From a virus (lineage: Duplodnaviria > Caudoviricetes), in the IMG/VR virus record IMGVR_UViG_2912838376_000002, positions 96,001-160,000 of that record: 64,000 nt of DNA; one strand, written 5' to 3'. Of the stretch, positions 28,450 through 38,182 are shown one piece after another. Positions within the stretch are counted from its first letter, which is position 1, and each line of letters opens with the position of its first letter. Both the position numbers and the translations under genes were made by a program. Below the pieces are notes generated by a model. It had not been told where the DNA came from. It made no database searches and was given only the letters and a program-made list of their open reading frames with translations.

Positions 28450-29090
28450 GCGTCCACCTGCTTTCTCCTTTGTATTTCATCTACTAATTCTTTATAGAAT
28501 TCATAATATTCTTCAGCAAATTTTGAATAAGCGCCCATAAATCTAGGTCCGAATTCCTCAGTGGTATGGAATTCAAAATCGCACCAAAGTATATACGTAT
28601 ACTCCATATGTTTTTCAAATTGTGTATACCTAGATGAATATCCTCCGAAAAACTGACTTGCAAAATACGTTTCGTAAAATTCTTTAAAACTCATACATAC
28701 GTCACCTAAATTATGAAACATATCATCTATTCGAACCTTTAGTTCAGTTTCCTCAGCTTCTGTAAATAAATGAAGATGATCTAACAATAAACCGAAATGA
28801 AAAATACCAGCTACCTCAATCGGACAATGATCTTGAACATTTCCTTGAATGTTTCCAATACAACGGCCGAAAGCTTCATTGGGATAATCTAAACACGTTG
28901 AACTCGTTAGATTCTCTAATACTTCGGGTATATAATTACAAAAAGACATCTGCTCACCCAAACTAATATAAGTGGGCTCTACAATGTCTCTTGGGTATTC
29001 AACAAAATTATTTATATGTGTTTGAGTTTTAACATAGGAATAATAACGAAGTGTATCTCTGTAGTATCCTGCTTCAAGATTATTAATCAT
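28443..29090 (-). CDS. Hypothetical protein in Ubl cassette 1
   Basis: Overlapping ORF chain. Confidence 0.7.
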   Translation of the reverse strand: MINNLEAGYYRDTLRYYSYVKTQTHINNFVEYPRDIVEPTYISLGEQMSFCNYIPEVLENLTSSTCLDYPNEAFGRCIGNIQGNVQDHCPIEVAGIFHFGLLLDHLHLFTEAEETELKVRIDDMFHNLGDVCMSFKEFYETYFASQFFGGYSSRYTQFEKHMEYTYILWCDFEFHTTEEFGPRFMGAYSKFAEEYYEFYKELVDEIQRRKQVDAC

Positions 29091-29491
29091 ATAAAATCAC
29101 AATCCTCAGCTAAATGTTCTTTTAATTTCGAAGCTTGTTCCTCCACTCCTAAACTCCTACCGAATTCATAATAGTAATCACGGCCATTGCTAGTAGTTGG
29201 TTCTTCAATGAGTTCTTCGAGGTCATGAGAAATGTGCTCACAAGCCATCTCTAATACTTCATGAGATGTTTTGTCTATCATTTCTTGTGGAAGTTCCCCT
29301 TCTGTAAATAAGATCTTATATATAGAAGAAATTTCATCGTATTGCTGTAGCCATTCCGTAGGAGCAGCTTTATCCTGATTACTTTCAAACGTTTCGATAA
29401 GAGCATTTACATTAATTTTATCCGAAGGAATCCTAGTTACAATAACATTGCTTAACTGATTTATTCCATGCAAAGTCGGTTTCATAAACAA
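29087..29491 (-). CDS. Hypothetical protein in Ubl cassette 1
   Basis: GGAGG RBS; ATGA overlap. Confidence 0.7.
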   Translation of the reverse strand: MFMKPTLHGINQLSNVIVTRIPSDKINVNALIETFESNQDKAAPTEWLQQYDEISSIYKILFTEGELPQEMIDKTSHEVLEMACEHISHDLEELIEEPTTSNGRDYYYEFGRSLGVEEQASKLKEHLAEDCDFI

Positions 29492-29525
29492 CCCTCCAAT
29501 AAAAAATTATTTCTTCCTACTTGTA

Positions 29526-29819
29526 TCAATCTAGTTTTTCTAGATATTCTTTGATCTCTTTTATTAATTGATTCACTTCCTTGGGATGTACTTGTATTTT
29601 TCCATTTACCAATGAAATATTACGTCTTGATATTTTCCCAGTTATAATACAAGCCTCACTATACCGTTGTAGAACAAGCATTTCATTTACTACAGTAAAT
29701 TCTACAGGCACTGCTTGAATTTCCCATACGTTTGCTAATTCTCTAGGAATACCTATACGTCCTTTATTGTCTACATATTGAATAATGCCTGTGAATTTCA
29801 TACTTCCTCCCGTTAACAA
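29526..29819 (-). CDS. AbrB-family transition-state regulator
   Basis: MKFTGIIQYVDNKGRIGIPREL...ACIITG...GKI. Confidence 0.8.
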   Translation of the reverse strand: MLTGGSMKFTGIIQYVDNKGRIGIPRELANVWEIQAVPVEFTVVNEMLVLQRYSEACIITGKISRRNISLVNGKIQVHPKEVNQLIKEIKEYLEKLD

Positions 29820-29820
29820 C

Positions 29821-29967
29821 CTAATGTCTTTCTTTATAAATCAATTTTTGAGCAAAGTGCAGTAATTCAATTTCAATATTTTGAGGTCGAACACCCTGGT
29901 CCAACAGCTGGTTTACATGAGTCTCCATTTGTTTTTTTAATGACTCCATTATCTCTTCTGCCTTCAT
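29821..29967 (-). CDS. 48-aa hypothetical protein
   Basis: MKAEEIMESLKKQMETH...KERH behind GGAGG. Confidence 0.5.
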   Translation of the reverse strand: MKAEEIMESLKKQMETHVNQLLDQGVRPQNIEIELLHFAQKLIYKERH

Positions 29968-30063
29968 GATTATTCCTCCTAATTAGAATTCATATCATAT
30001 TAAGCATTTGAAATGAAATTATTCAATTTTATACTTACAAAAAAGAAGACCCTTAGAGTCTTC

Positions 30064-30486
30064 TTAGTGTTCAAGATTTACGATACCTACATAAGATCTA
30101 TCAGCTATAGTTGGTATTACTTTAAGCCCTTGGAAGGTTTCTTCGACTCCGTTGTATTGGATATCGTTATATCTTCTTACATGATGATGGTCGTCACGAT
30201 TAAGAAATATAGCATTCGGATGCATTCGGTGACTACGAACAAAATCATGATACAATCCTGATAGTCTGTTCATAGTATCTCTGCTACGTTCATTTTCTCT
30301 TTCCATAATCATGTACTCCATTATGTTGTCTGGTTCTCTCATGTAAGGAGAACGCAAACTATGATTCACATACGTTGTTTCAAACGGTTGATATGGCTCA
30401 GACAGATACTCCATCTCAAAATATCTCGGTCCTGTATTTACATAAAGTCCCGGAGGAGTAATTTTTAATTCACTAAGCGAAACCAT
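30064..30486 (-). CDS. Hypothetical protein
   Basis: 140-aa ORF with RBS. Confidence 0.65.
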   Translation of the reverse strand: MVSLSELKITPPGLYVNTGPRYFEMEYLSEPYQPFETTYVNHSLRSPYMREPDNIMEYMIMERENERSRDTMNRLSGLYHDFVRSHRMHPNAIFLNRDDHHHVRRYNDIQYNGVEETFQGLKVIPTIADRSYVGIVNLEH

Positions 30487-30847
30487 TTTAAATCACCCTT
30501 TTTAAAATGAGAAGGGGCGTTAGCCCCATCCATTGTTTTGAGAAGAACAATACAAATCTAGTTGAAGATAAATCATATATATATGTTCTTCTATACTCTA
30601 CTCACTCTTTGTTGCTTGATTTGATCTTTGTTGTAAAATAAGCAATTATCTATATAAATTCAAGGGTAATTTCTGGAATTAATATTTTTTTCTAAAAGCG
30701 AACACAAACAAAAAAGCGACCCTATTAACGGATCGCTTGATAATTCATTTACTCGTAGACTTATTATATGTTAAAGAAATTACTCTTGAAGTATTTTAAA
30801 TTAGATTCCCCTAGAATTCAGTTTATTCCACTAAACGTTAAACAGAA

Positions 30848-30997
30848 TTACCAAGTGTCTCCTCTGTTCATATACTGAACATATTCATAAGATTTCTCTT
30901 CAGACAGGTTATTGTTTTCAGTATGCAGTAGACTTAATCCAAATGCGAATGTACCAGTTAATGCAATACTCAATACCAATATTTTTAGTTTTTTCAT
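30848..30997 (-). CDS. Phr signalling peptide precursor
   Basis: MKKLKILVLSIALTGTFAFG signal, ends VQYMNRGDTW; TAATG overlap with rap. Confidence 0.85.
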   Translation of the reverse strand: MKKLKILVLSIALTGTFAFGLSLLHTENNNLSEEKSYEYVQYMNRGDTW

Positions 30998-32094
30998 TAT
31001 TTTAACGCTCCTTTTTCAAAGTATTGTTTTTTAACATTAATACTGCGATGATAATACTCACTTGCTTTAACTGTATTATTTTCGTCATAGTATTTTGTAG
31101 CTAGTTTTTCGGTATATTCTTGCATGCACTCCAATAGGTTTTCTTTCTCAAAATAAGAAAGTCCTTCTTGAACGACTACCTCTAATTCGGCAGCAGGTAC
31201 ATTTTCATTTAACTTCTGTAGGATTCTAAATCTATGTAGATATTCTGCATTGTTTATTTTATGGCAAACATCTAGCCCTCTTTCAATTAATTCTTTAGAT
31301 TGCTCATTATTACCTAACTTATAATTCTCTTCTGCTTCTGAAAATAAAGCTTTGAAATGGTTAGGAATATTAAGAGTAACCTCCGAAAGATGTCTAATTG
31401 CTAAAGCAGACAAGTTTTGGCTCGCATATAACCAGCCTAGATTGCTTCTTACTCGTAGGATTAATTTCTTCTCGTCCATTTTATTTAAAATATTAATAGA
31501 TGAGTTAAAACTTTCTTCGGCTAGTTCGTATTGTTTTAAATCTACACAAGCTAGACCATACACATTTTCACAAGATGCAACATTTATATCATATCCTTTA
31601 TGTTTAGAAAAAATTTCTTTAGCTTTATCTGCATATTTAATGGCTACTAAAGGCTGATACGTCTGATAATTAAAAGTTGAAAATCTATAATAAAACTCTG
31701 CACGTTCTAATATGTCTGGGATATTATCTAACATCTCTTCAGCTTTTAAATAATGCTCTTTTGCTTCAGAAAAATTTGTGAGGACAGTTGAATGTATTGC
31801 TTTGAAGAAATGATAATAGTAATTTAACATTTGATCACTTGGAGCATTTAGCTCTTCAATTCGGTCGAAACTGTCTTTCCCGATTCCAAAATCATCAGTT
31901 AGTAATTTATATCTAAAATCCAATAAAGAATAGTATAGCAATAGATTCTGATCCTGTTCAGCTAAAGCATTAATTTGAGTATCTATCTCTTTTTTTAACT
32001 GAGTGGCTTTTAAAATCTGTTGCGCCCTCATCTCTTGATACCATTCATTAAGTAGCTTGGTTACTTTTTCATTACTAACTTTGTAATCTTGCAT
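30997..32094 (-). CDS. Rap-family TPR regulator
   Basis: KLLNEWY, QDQNLLLYYSLLDFRY, YYYHFFKAIH, ERAEFYY, KGALK end. Confidence 0.95.
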   Translation of the reverse strand: MQDYKVSNEKVTKLLNEWYQEMRAQQILKATQLKKEIDTQINALAEQDQNLLLYYSLLDFRYKLLTDDFGIGKDSFDRIEELNAPSDQMLNYYYHFFKAIHSTVLTNFSEAKEHYLKAEEMLDNIPDILERAEFYYRFSTFNYQTYQPLVAIKYADKAKEIFSKHKGYDINVASCENVYGLACVDLKQYELAEESFNSSINILNKMDEKKLILRVRSNLGWLYASQNLSALAIRHLSEVTLNIPNHFKALFSEAEENYKLGNNEQSKELIERGLDVCHKINNAEYLHRFRILQKLNENVPAAELEVVVQEGLSYFEKENLLECMQEYTEKLATKYYDENNTVKASEYYHRSINVKKQYFEKGALK

Positions 32095-32175
32095 ATGCCA
32101 CCCTCAACCCCTTTTATTTATTTATAGTAAGAATACCATATTTAGTAAAAACGAGTAGGTAATTTTATATATTTA

Positions 32176-32664
32176 TCAACAATTTTCAGACAATTTACTT
32201 TTGCCGTGATTTTGCAAATCATACTGATATGAACCTTCATACTTGTCCCCTGAAAAATCTACGATAGTTAATGTATGAATATGAGGAAAATCCTCTTTTA
32301 ACAGTTCATAAATTTCCTCAATAGACGAATAAAAAGGCTGATCCTTTCTTGAACGATAACTGTTCAAATGGACTTCGCCTTTTCCGTCACCTATATTTAT
32401 AAATTTAAAGAAGATACGCTTAACATTTTTTTCAGGATCTTTGTACTTAAAACGATAATCTCCGTCTACGACATATGTTTCAATTCCTTCTTTATCTAAT
32501 CGACGAATATTCTCCTCCATACTAAGCCCCATCCAACTAGCTATCATTCTTCCGTATATATAAAAATCAGCTTCACAATTTATAGACATTTTTACCGCTT
32601 CTAATAAATCATCCGTCGGTAAGTCAGTAGGTTTTGAAGCATATTCCCGCCACATTCTATACAT
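32176..32664 (-). CDS. Hypothetical protein
   Basis: 162-aa ORF. Confidence 0.65.
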   Translation of the reverse strand: MYRMWREYASKPTDLPTDDLLEAVKMSINCEADFYIYGRMIASWMGLSMEENIRRLDKEGIETYVVDGDYRFKYKDPEKNVKRIFFKFINIGDGKGEVHLNSYRSRKDQPFYSSIEEIYELLKEDFPHIHTLTIVDFSGDKYEGSYQYDLQNHGKSKLSENC

Positions 32665-32957
32665 ATAAAAACCCCCACTTAATTATACTTCTATATTTAA
32701 TACAGCTATTTCTTTTTACGTGGTAATCCATATTTCGTACTTTGGCTTAGGCAACCTTTTGCAATTTTCTTTGCTTCAGCTGAAGATATTTTAACTTTTA
32801 CGCCCATCGTTACCGCCTCCTTAATTCCTCATTATGCCCATTTGCAGAAAAATTATACATGCTGTACTACTTCCCCATCCCCCAACATATGATTTTTATA
32901 TCTAGTACAAAAAGAATGTGTCCCAAACTTAAAATACGATTTTAGGAGTGAAATAGG

Positions 32958-33593
32958 ATGAGTAAAGTAAAAGAGAGGAAGATAAGAAGTGACAAACGTA
33001 AGGACGTGAAGCCGACTGTTGAACTCAGTTTGTATGATTGCGTTTCTCGAATCTCATACATTACTAATACACCAATGAAAGATGTTGGTGAGATATTCTG
33101 TACGCATGGTTTGTATTCTAAAAAAGTTATTGATTACTTGTCCAAAAAGTTCAGAAGAGGCTACAAATTTAAGGATACTATATATATGGGTAATAGAGAA
33201 TTAATGTCTGAACGAGTTAGAAAACATTCAAAATCAACAACAAGAATTACAATGCGTTTTAGACAAGAAACATACGATCATCTAGCTGATTTAGCATATG
33301 CATTAGATACAACTGTTTCAACAGCTACAGCTATTTTGCTCGATGCTGCTGTTAGAAATACGGATATCGTCAACGAATACGTAACTAGGTTTGTTGAAGA
33401 AACCTTAGACGATAATAGAAAAGACCAGCTTAAGAAAGTTCTTACTTACATAAGAAAAGAAAATCCTTATGAAACAAACGAAATTACATTAGCTCAGCTA
33501 ATTAGCTACATCCTAGATGGTTTTAAAGGACATTCAAAACACATCAAGCAGACAATAGAAAGCTGGTTAGACAATGTAACTGAGAGGGACTAA
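32958..33593 (+). CDS. Putative DNA-binding protein (RHH-like repeats)
   Basis: RKIRSDKRKDVKPTV and RITMRFRQETYDHLADLAYAL; the only plus-strand backbone gene. Confidence 0.65.
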   Translation: MSKVKERKIRSDKRKDVKPTVELSLYDCVSRISYITNTPMKDVGEIFCTHGLYSKKVIDYLSKKFRRGYKFKDTIYMGNRELMSERVRKHSKSTTRITMRFRQETYDHLADLAYALDTTVSTATAILLDAAVRNTDIVNEYVTRFVEETLDDNRKDQLKKVLTYIRKENPYETNEITLAQLISYILDGFKGHSKHIKQTIESWLDNVTERD

Positions 33594-34012
33594 GCTCCCT
33601 CTTTTTCTTCGTTTCTTCCCCAATAAGCATCGGGGCCCTGTAGCAATCTTTCCATTAATTGTTCAAACTCGCCCCGATTAATAAAGCCTCTGAAGGTAAT
33701 AGATTCGAAATCTTCGATGCTACCGTCTTCATGTTTATAGCATGTCCACCATTCGTCTCCGCCATTCACTTGATTTACAAATAATAATCGACCATATGCA
33801 AAAGCCGAACGAATAGACCAATTCCCTTGTTTCATCTTCTGTTCTAATTCTTCAAGACTTTGGCAAGTATAAAGACCGTAATCATAGTCGAGTTCCATCA
33901 TTGGATCGTCTTCAAAATCACAACCACCAATCTTCAACCAACTATTCTTCTGACACTTCGCCTTTACTTCTTCTACTGTAAACATAGCTTGGCTCATATT
34001 ATTTTCCTCCAA
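33590..34012 (-). CDS. Hypothetical protein
   Basis: Contains LLFVNQVNGGDEWWT. Confidence 0.7.
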   Translation of the reverse strand: MEENNMSQAMFTVEEVKAKCQKNSWLKIGGCDFEDDPMMELDYDYGLYTCQSLEELEQKMKQGNWSIRSAFAYGRLLFVNQVNGGDEWWTCYKHEDGSIEDFESITFRGFINRGEFEQLMERLLQGPDAYWGRNEEKEGA

Positions 34013-34454
34013 TTATTCTTCTAAGGGACATATCTATTTTAAATTGCAAGCGCCTTTGTTCTTCTTCTTTTTTATACTGTGTCATAATCTCATGAGCTTT
34101 CTTCCATGAATATACATACGCGGGATCTCCACCATATGCACGACTAATCACGCCTGTACTGTCTTTATAAAGATGGGATTTATTAAACCAAGGTAAAAAT
34201 TCTTGAATGGTTGTCCCTCTTCTACAAACTCGTAATCGCTTAGGTGTCATAGTCCAATATGTTTTATAGATATAAGGACGTAAATATCTTTTTAACAAGT
34301 GAAAAGCGTAACGAGGTTTTGTTAAGTTTTCGAAAATAATAATTGTCTTCTGAACCTTATCTTTTTCTTTGCCAAGTGTTTTTAAATCTACTCGGAACTT
34401 TTCTTCTTTGGTTAACAACAGTCGCCGCCATCCTAAGTTTTGTAATTCGTTCAT
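33999..34454 (-). CDS. Basic hypothetical protein
   Basis: 151-aa ORF. Confidence 0.6.
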   Translation of the reverse strand: MNELQNLGWRRLLLTKEEKFRVDLKTLGKEKDKVQKTIIIFENLTKPRYAFHLLKRYLRPYIYKTYWTMTPKRLRVCRRGTTIQEFLPWFNKSHLYKDSTGVISRAYGGDPAYVYSWKKAHEIMTQYKKEEEQRRLQFKIDMSLRRIIGGK

Positions 34455-34524
34455 TGTATGATTCTCTCCCTTCTACAAATAAAATAAGAGCAGGCATAGC
34501 CTACTCATTAACTAAGTACATAAT

Positions 34525-34643
34525 CATTGTTCACTACAAGAAAGGTGCGGTATGGAGGTAGATCGTCGTAGTTAACCGCACCCTTCTCATGAGACAAACA
34601 TTAACAGTTTGAAGGACGCCAACCCTTCTTGTAGTAAACAATG
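34525..34643. repeat. 119-bp element with 17/18-bp terminal inverted repeats
   Basis: CATTGTTCACTACAAGAA ... TTCTTGTAGTAAACAATG; inner GGTGCGGT/ACCGCACC stem. Confidence 0.65.
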
Positions 34644-34664
34644 TAGAGAAAGCAGGCTTATAGC

Positions 34665-35147
34665 CTACTCTCCAATTAAATGCATACGTAATTGAGTAAG
34701 AACCTCACCCAGCCAATTCTTACCTTGCCATGTACTTTTGTTTTGTGCACGAGGATCTGTCTCTAATAATCCAATTCCCCAAATTTTATCGTATGGACTT
34801 GCTTCAACAAGTTCAGTCCCTTTTGTAGATTTTAATACTTCAAGCATTTCGATGTTTTGGGTAAATTTTAAATAATTTGCTCGATAGACAATCTCTTTAC
34901 AATTATCATTCCATAATTCCGCATTAAAAGGAGTTACTTGGCGTCCTAATTCTTTATGTTTACGTGGATCATACCCTGCATCTAGAATTAGTTGAGCGGT
35001 CTTGATATCTCCCATCAACATTGCTTTGTGGTACATCATATATTGCTCTGCACAAGTAAAGACTTGTCCATTCTCCATAAACATAGATTTATGCCATTGT
35101 GAAAATGTTGATTTATTTTGCCAAAAGAACGTGAATTTTTCAGTCAT
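34665..35147 (-). CDS. NADAR-family (YbiA-like) N-glycosidase
   Basis: FSQW, AEQYMMYHKA, KFTQN, LVEASPYDKIWGIG, GKNWLG. Confidence 0.95.
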   Translation of the reverse strand: MTEKFTFFWQNKSTFSQWHKSMFMENGQVFTCAEQYMMYHKAMLMGDIKTAQLILDAGYDPRKHKELGRQVTPFNAELWNDNCKEIVYRANYLKFTQNIEMLEVLKSTKGTELVEASPYDKIWGIGLLETDPRAQNKSTWQGKNWLGEVLTQLRMHLIGE

Positions 35148-35199
35148 TACTACTCTCTCCCTTTGATTAAGTAAGAGCAGGCTTTCACCTGCTCAATTA

Positions 35200-35511
35200 C
35201 TATTGATCTTCTTTTTTCTTTGTAAAGATATAGTAGCCATTGATACTATTGTTCGTATTTTCATTAGTGTTAACAGAAACACTTATAACTTCTAAACTAG
35301 GATTATCTGTTAGAAGCTTTTCATATCTCGGAGGAAGATCAGCTTTTCCATTTTCATGTGGAATGTAATAAAGCTTGTCTTTTATTAACATCTTATAATC
35401 AATACTAATAACTTGATCATCCTGCTTCTGCATATACGGATCGTTATTACATCCTGTTAAAATGGTTGCTGCTAATCCTACAGTTAATACGGTTGCGATT
35501 AATTTCTTCAT
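35200..35511 (-). CDS. Lipoprotein
   Basis: Signal peptide with LTGC lipobox. Confidence 0.75.
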   Translation of the reverse strand: MKKLIATVLTVGLAATILTGCNNDPYMQKQDDQVISIDYKMLIKDKLYYIPHENGKADLPPRYEKLLTDNPSLEVISVSVNTNENTNNSINGYYIFTKKKEDQ

Positions 35512-36245
35512 ACTGCAGCACCTCTATTTAAGTAAACAAATTGTTCTACATATTCACGGTCTTTAGAAATCATAGGAGTCTCATGATCTACTGACCATTT
35601 ACTTCTTAAAGCACCATTCTTTTCGTAGAATTCTTTAATAATGCACACACCACGTTTTTGCCATACAGGTAAGTCATTCCAGTTGATGTTTTTCTCAGTC
35701 ATTAACTTGTCCTGCATATCCTTACCATTAAGGCCCTGTAACTCTTTATGTGGGAAGTTAGCTTGAGCAACCATTGAGATACTATTCTTTGAAGCATCTT
35801 GTTGTCTCCAAATAAAATAGTTTGCTACTTCATCCTGTGGCAATACCTGTGCACGACCATCAAATGTAGCAAGCGGTTTGTCTGGATACTTCGCTCTCAT
35901 AACTTCATTAAACTTTGCAGTTGCCATAGAAGCTGAAACAGAAGCTATCTTTTGAAGGTTATTTTCAAACCAAGATTGAGTTGTAAGCTTGTCATAGTTC
36001 GTAATAAGAATACTAATCTCATCCGACTGATGATAAACCAATTTTGCACCCATGATGTTTTGAGCTAAGTACTTGCATGTTTCCCAAAATGCTTCTGCTA
36101 GATCTTGATCAAAAGGCTTAGTACAACCTTTTGTGTATGTATGAAAGTGTGCTCCATCAATCCTTACAATTACGGGCATTCTTTCAGGCAACTTAATACG
36201 ATATGCATTCTCGTATTTCTTCATGCGATCCCCAAATTTGTCCAT
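35508..36245 (-). CDS. Thg1-like 3'-5' nucleotidyltransferase
   Basis: RMKKYE, VRIDGAHFH, QSDEIS, FDGR, WRQQDA. Confidence 0.95.
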   Translation of the reverse strand: MDKFGDRMKKYENAYRIKLPERMPVIVRIDGAHFHTYTKGCTKPFDQDLAEAFWETCKYLAQNIMGAKLVYHQSDEISILITNYDKLTTQSWFENNLQKIASVSASMATAKFNEVMRAKYPDKPLATFDGRAQVLPQDEVANYFIWRQQDASKNSISMVAQANFPHKELQGLNGKDMQDKLMTEKNINWNDLPVWQKRGVCIIKEFYEKNGALRSKWSVDHETPMISKDREYVEQFVYLNRGAAV

Positions 36246-36248
36246 TGA

Positions 36249-36530
36249 TTACCCTCTCCATTCCACTCTTTCAAAACGATTAACTTTTCCATATGCTTCT
36301 TTCAAGAAAGCAATGCGGTCTTCGCCATCTGCTTCTACGAATTCTTGCATATCCCATGCTAATAACGCTTGAGATGTGATTTCTTGAATATATTTGATTA
36401 ATCTAGTAGGAGCATCATCATTTTGAATAACCTCAAGTGCATTTGATGATTCTTCTAAAATCACATTTAGTAATGCCTCAAGATTTCCTTTGTCGATACC
36501 GTAAATAACCGGTGTTAATGGTGACTTCAT
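36249..36530 (-). CDS. Hypothetical protein
   Basis: GGAGG RBS. Confidence 0.65.
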   Translation of the reverse strand: MKSPLTPVIYGIDKGNLEALLNVILEESSNALEVIQNDDAPTRLIKYIQEITSQALLAWDMQEFVEADGEDRIAFLKEAYGKVNRFERVEWRG

Positions 36531-36557
36531 TATGATTCCTCCTTGAGATTTCTTGCT

Positions 36558-36794
36558 CTAGCCATTGATTTTGGCCCAATTTGGATTGTCTGTTTCTAAT
36601 ACCTCTGTTAACAAGTCACGAATTTCTCTAATTTTCTTTTTATCTATGATAAATACAGAGCCCGTATCATTTTCATGTTCATCATAAAAAGAAAAACAAA
36701 GTCCTTCTCCAATACCTGATCCGGAGACTCCTACATTCATAGAGTCTCCTTCTTGTTTTATAAAGTTAGGTGATAACTCATCTTTAATTTCCAT
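36558..36794 (-). CDS. Hypothetical protein
   Basis: 78-aa ORF in operon. Confidence 0.55.
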   Translation of the reverse strand: MEIKDELSPNFIKQEGDSMNVGVSGSGIGEGLCFSFYDEHENDTGSVFIIDKKKIREIRDLLTEVLETDNPNWAKING

Positions 36795-36799
36795 TGATT

Positions 36800-37783
36800 T
36801 TACCCCGCAAATTCATAAGTATGTATTGACACATTAAATACTTTAGTAGCTTCTTCTAAGATGCCTGTTACTACATTCCAGTCTCCACCTGCTCTTGCAC
36901 AACCCATAAACTTAGGTACACCAATCTTTAGCTGAGATAAGGAACGTTCTCTTAACAAGCGGTCAGTCAAGTAACTGAACAAAGCTTTTTTCAAAGCTTC
37001 ATAGTTCGTATATAGTTGTCGATCTGCTCCGTAGTAAAGTTGCCCATACAAGTTAACGATTTCTATATTTTTTCCGTTATTGTGGACAGCTGCATGAGTA
37101 TATGTACCTAACTTTTCTTCAGGAGAAAATGGAGAAGCACAATCTACCTCATACACAATCGGAAATTCTGCTCGAATTTGTTTAGCAATACCGCTTCCCA
37201 TCGTAGACTGACAATTGGCTTGATGCATTACTACGTCACAATCTGAACGCAAGATATCACCTTTATGTTGAATGATTAATTCTTTCGGATTAATTTGTAC
37301 CATTTTCTTCTCCTTCTTTATGGCATAGTCTACACAGTTGCCTGTACCACCTGTTGTACCGTCCCATACAGCGATTAATTCATCACATTGATTAACCATG
37401 TACTCATTACGTTTTTGCATCAGGTAAGGCTTATATAGTTGTTTAGAAACGTATGTAACAACATCAGCTTGTTCCACAATACTCTTCCACTGATCTTGCG
37501 ATGGTTTTGGCCATTGACTAGAATGTGCAGTACATGGAATAGCCGATTCTAAAGTAATGTTATATCCTTGTCTTTTTAATTTAAGGACAACTAACGCATA
37601 AATCGTGTCTCCACCCAATGCCATACCACTTATTGCATGTACCTGTTTCCCTTGATTTAAATGGGAAAGAAGATGTTCTCGTAGTTTAGTAGCGATAGCA
37701 AGGTTACCTGGTGAAAAATAATCGTACCCATATAATTTATTTGGACGATGTGCAGTTACTGCGATTGTAATTTTTTCTGTCAT
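36800..37783 (-). CDS. YspA/SLOG domain fused to macro domain
   Basis: AVTAHRP, ISGMALGGD, QKRNEYMV, WDGTTGGT; then GDIL..HQANCQSTMGSGIA..GCARAGGDW. Confidence 0.85.
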   Translation of the reverse strand: MTEKITIAVTAHRPNKLYGYDYFSPGNLAIATKLREHLLSHLNQGKQVHAISGMALGGDTIYALVVLKLKRQGYNITLESAIPCTAHSSQWPKPSQDQWKSIVEQADVVTYVSKQLYKPYLMQKRNEYMVNQCDELIAVWDGTTGGTGNCVDYAIKKEKKMVQINPKELIIQHKGDILRSDCDVVMHQANCQSTMGSGIAKQIRAEFPIVYEVDCASPFSPEEKLGTYTHAAVHNNGKNIEIVNLYGQLYYGADRQLYTNYEALKKALFSYLTDRLLRERSLSQLKIGVPKFMGCARAGGDWNVVTGILEEATKVFNVSIHTYEFAG

Positions 37784-37843
37784 AGCTAAATCTCTCCTTT
37801 AATTAAATTCAAAAAAAGGAGGGGGCGTTAGCACCCCTGGGAA

Positions 37844-38182
37844 TCAATTTTGTTTGATTGCTATGTTAATAGCTTTTTTGAAGTTGAATCTGTATTTGCT
37901 ATTCATAAAACCTATTAAGTAGTCATGATAGTCCGGTTCGATGTTCTTAAGATATGCTAATTCTCCATTAAGTTCTAAAGCATATCCTCTATCTCGTTGT
38001 CCTCGATAGAATTGGAATAACATCGTTTTAATTCTTCGCTTACGCTTATGACCAACTGTAAGGTTATGATCTTTGTTGTACATAATGCCAAGGTTCCAAT
38101 TCTTTCCCGATTTTGAACCATATCTCGTTTTTGAATCCTTAATAGTGAATGGAGTTCCTTCTTGGGTTAATATTCCTTTAAC
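37844..38182 (-). pseudogene. 3' half of split retron-type reverse transcriptase
   Basis: Open frame VKGILTQEGTPFTIKDSKTRYGSKSGKNWNLGIMYNKDHNLTVGHKRK...; in frame with the 5' half when joined at ACTAATT. Confidence 0.85.

Noticed and set aside
37844-38083. 79-aa stand-alone hypothetical protein
   Set aside because: The frame stays open upstream to the junction; it is the RT C-terminus
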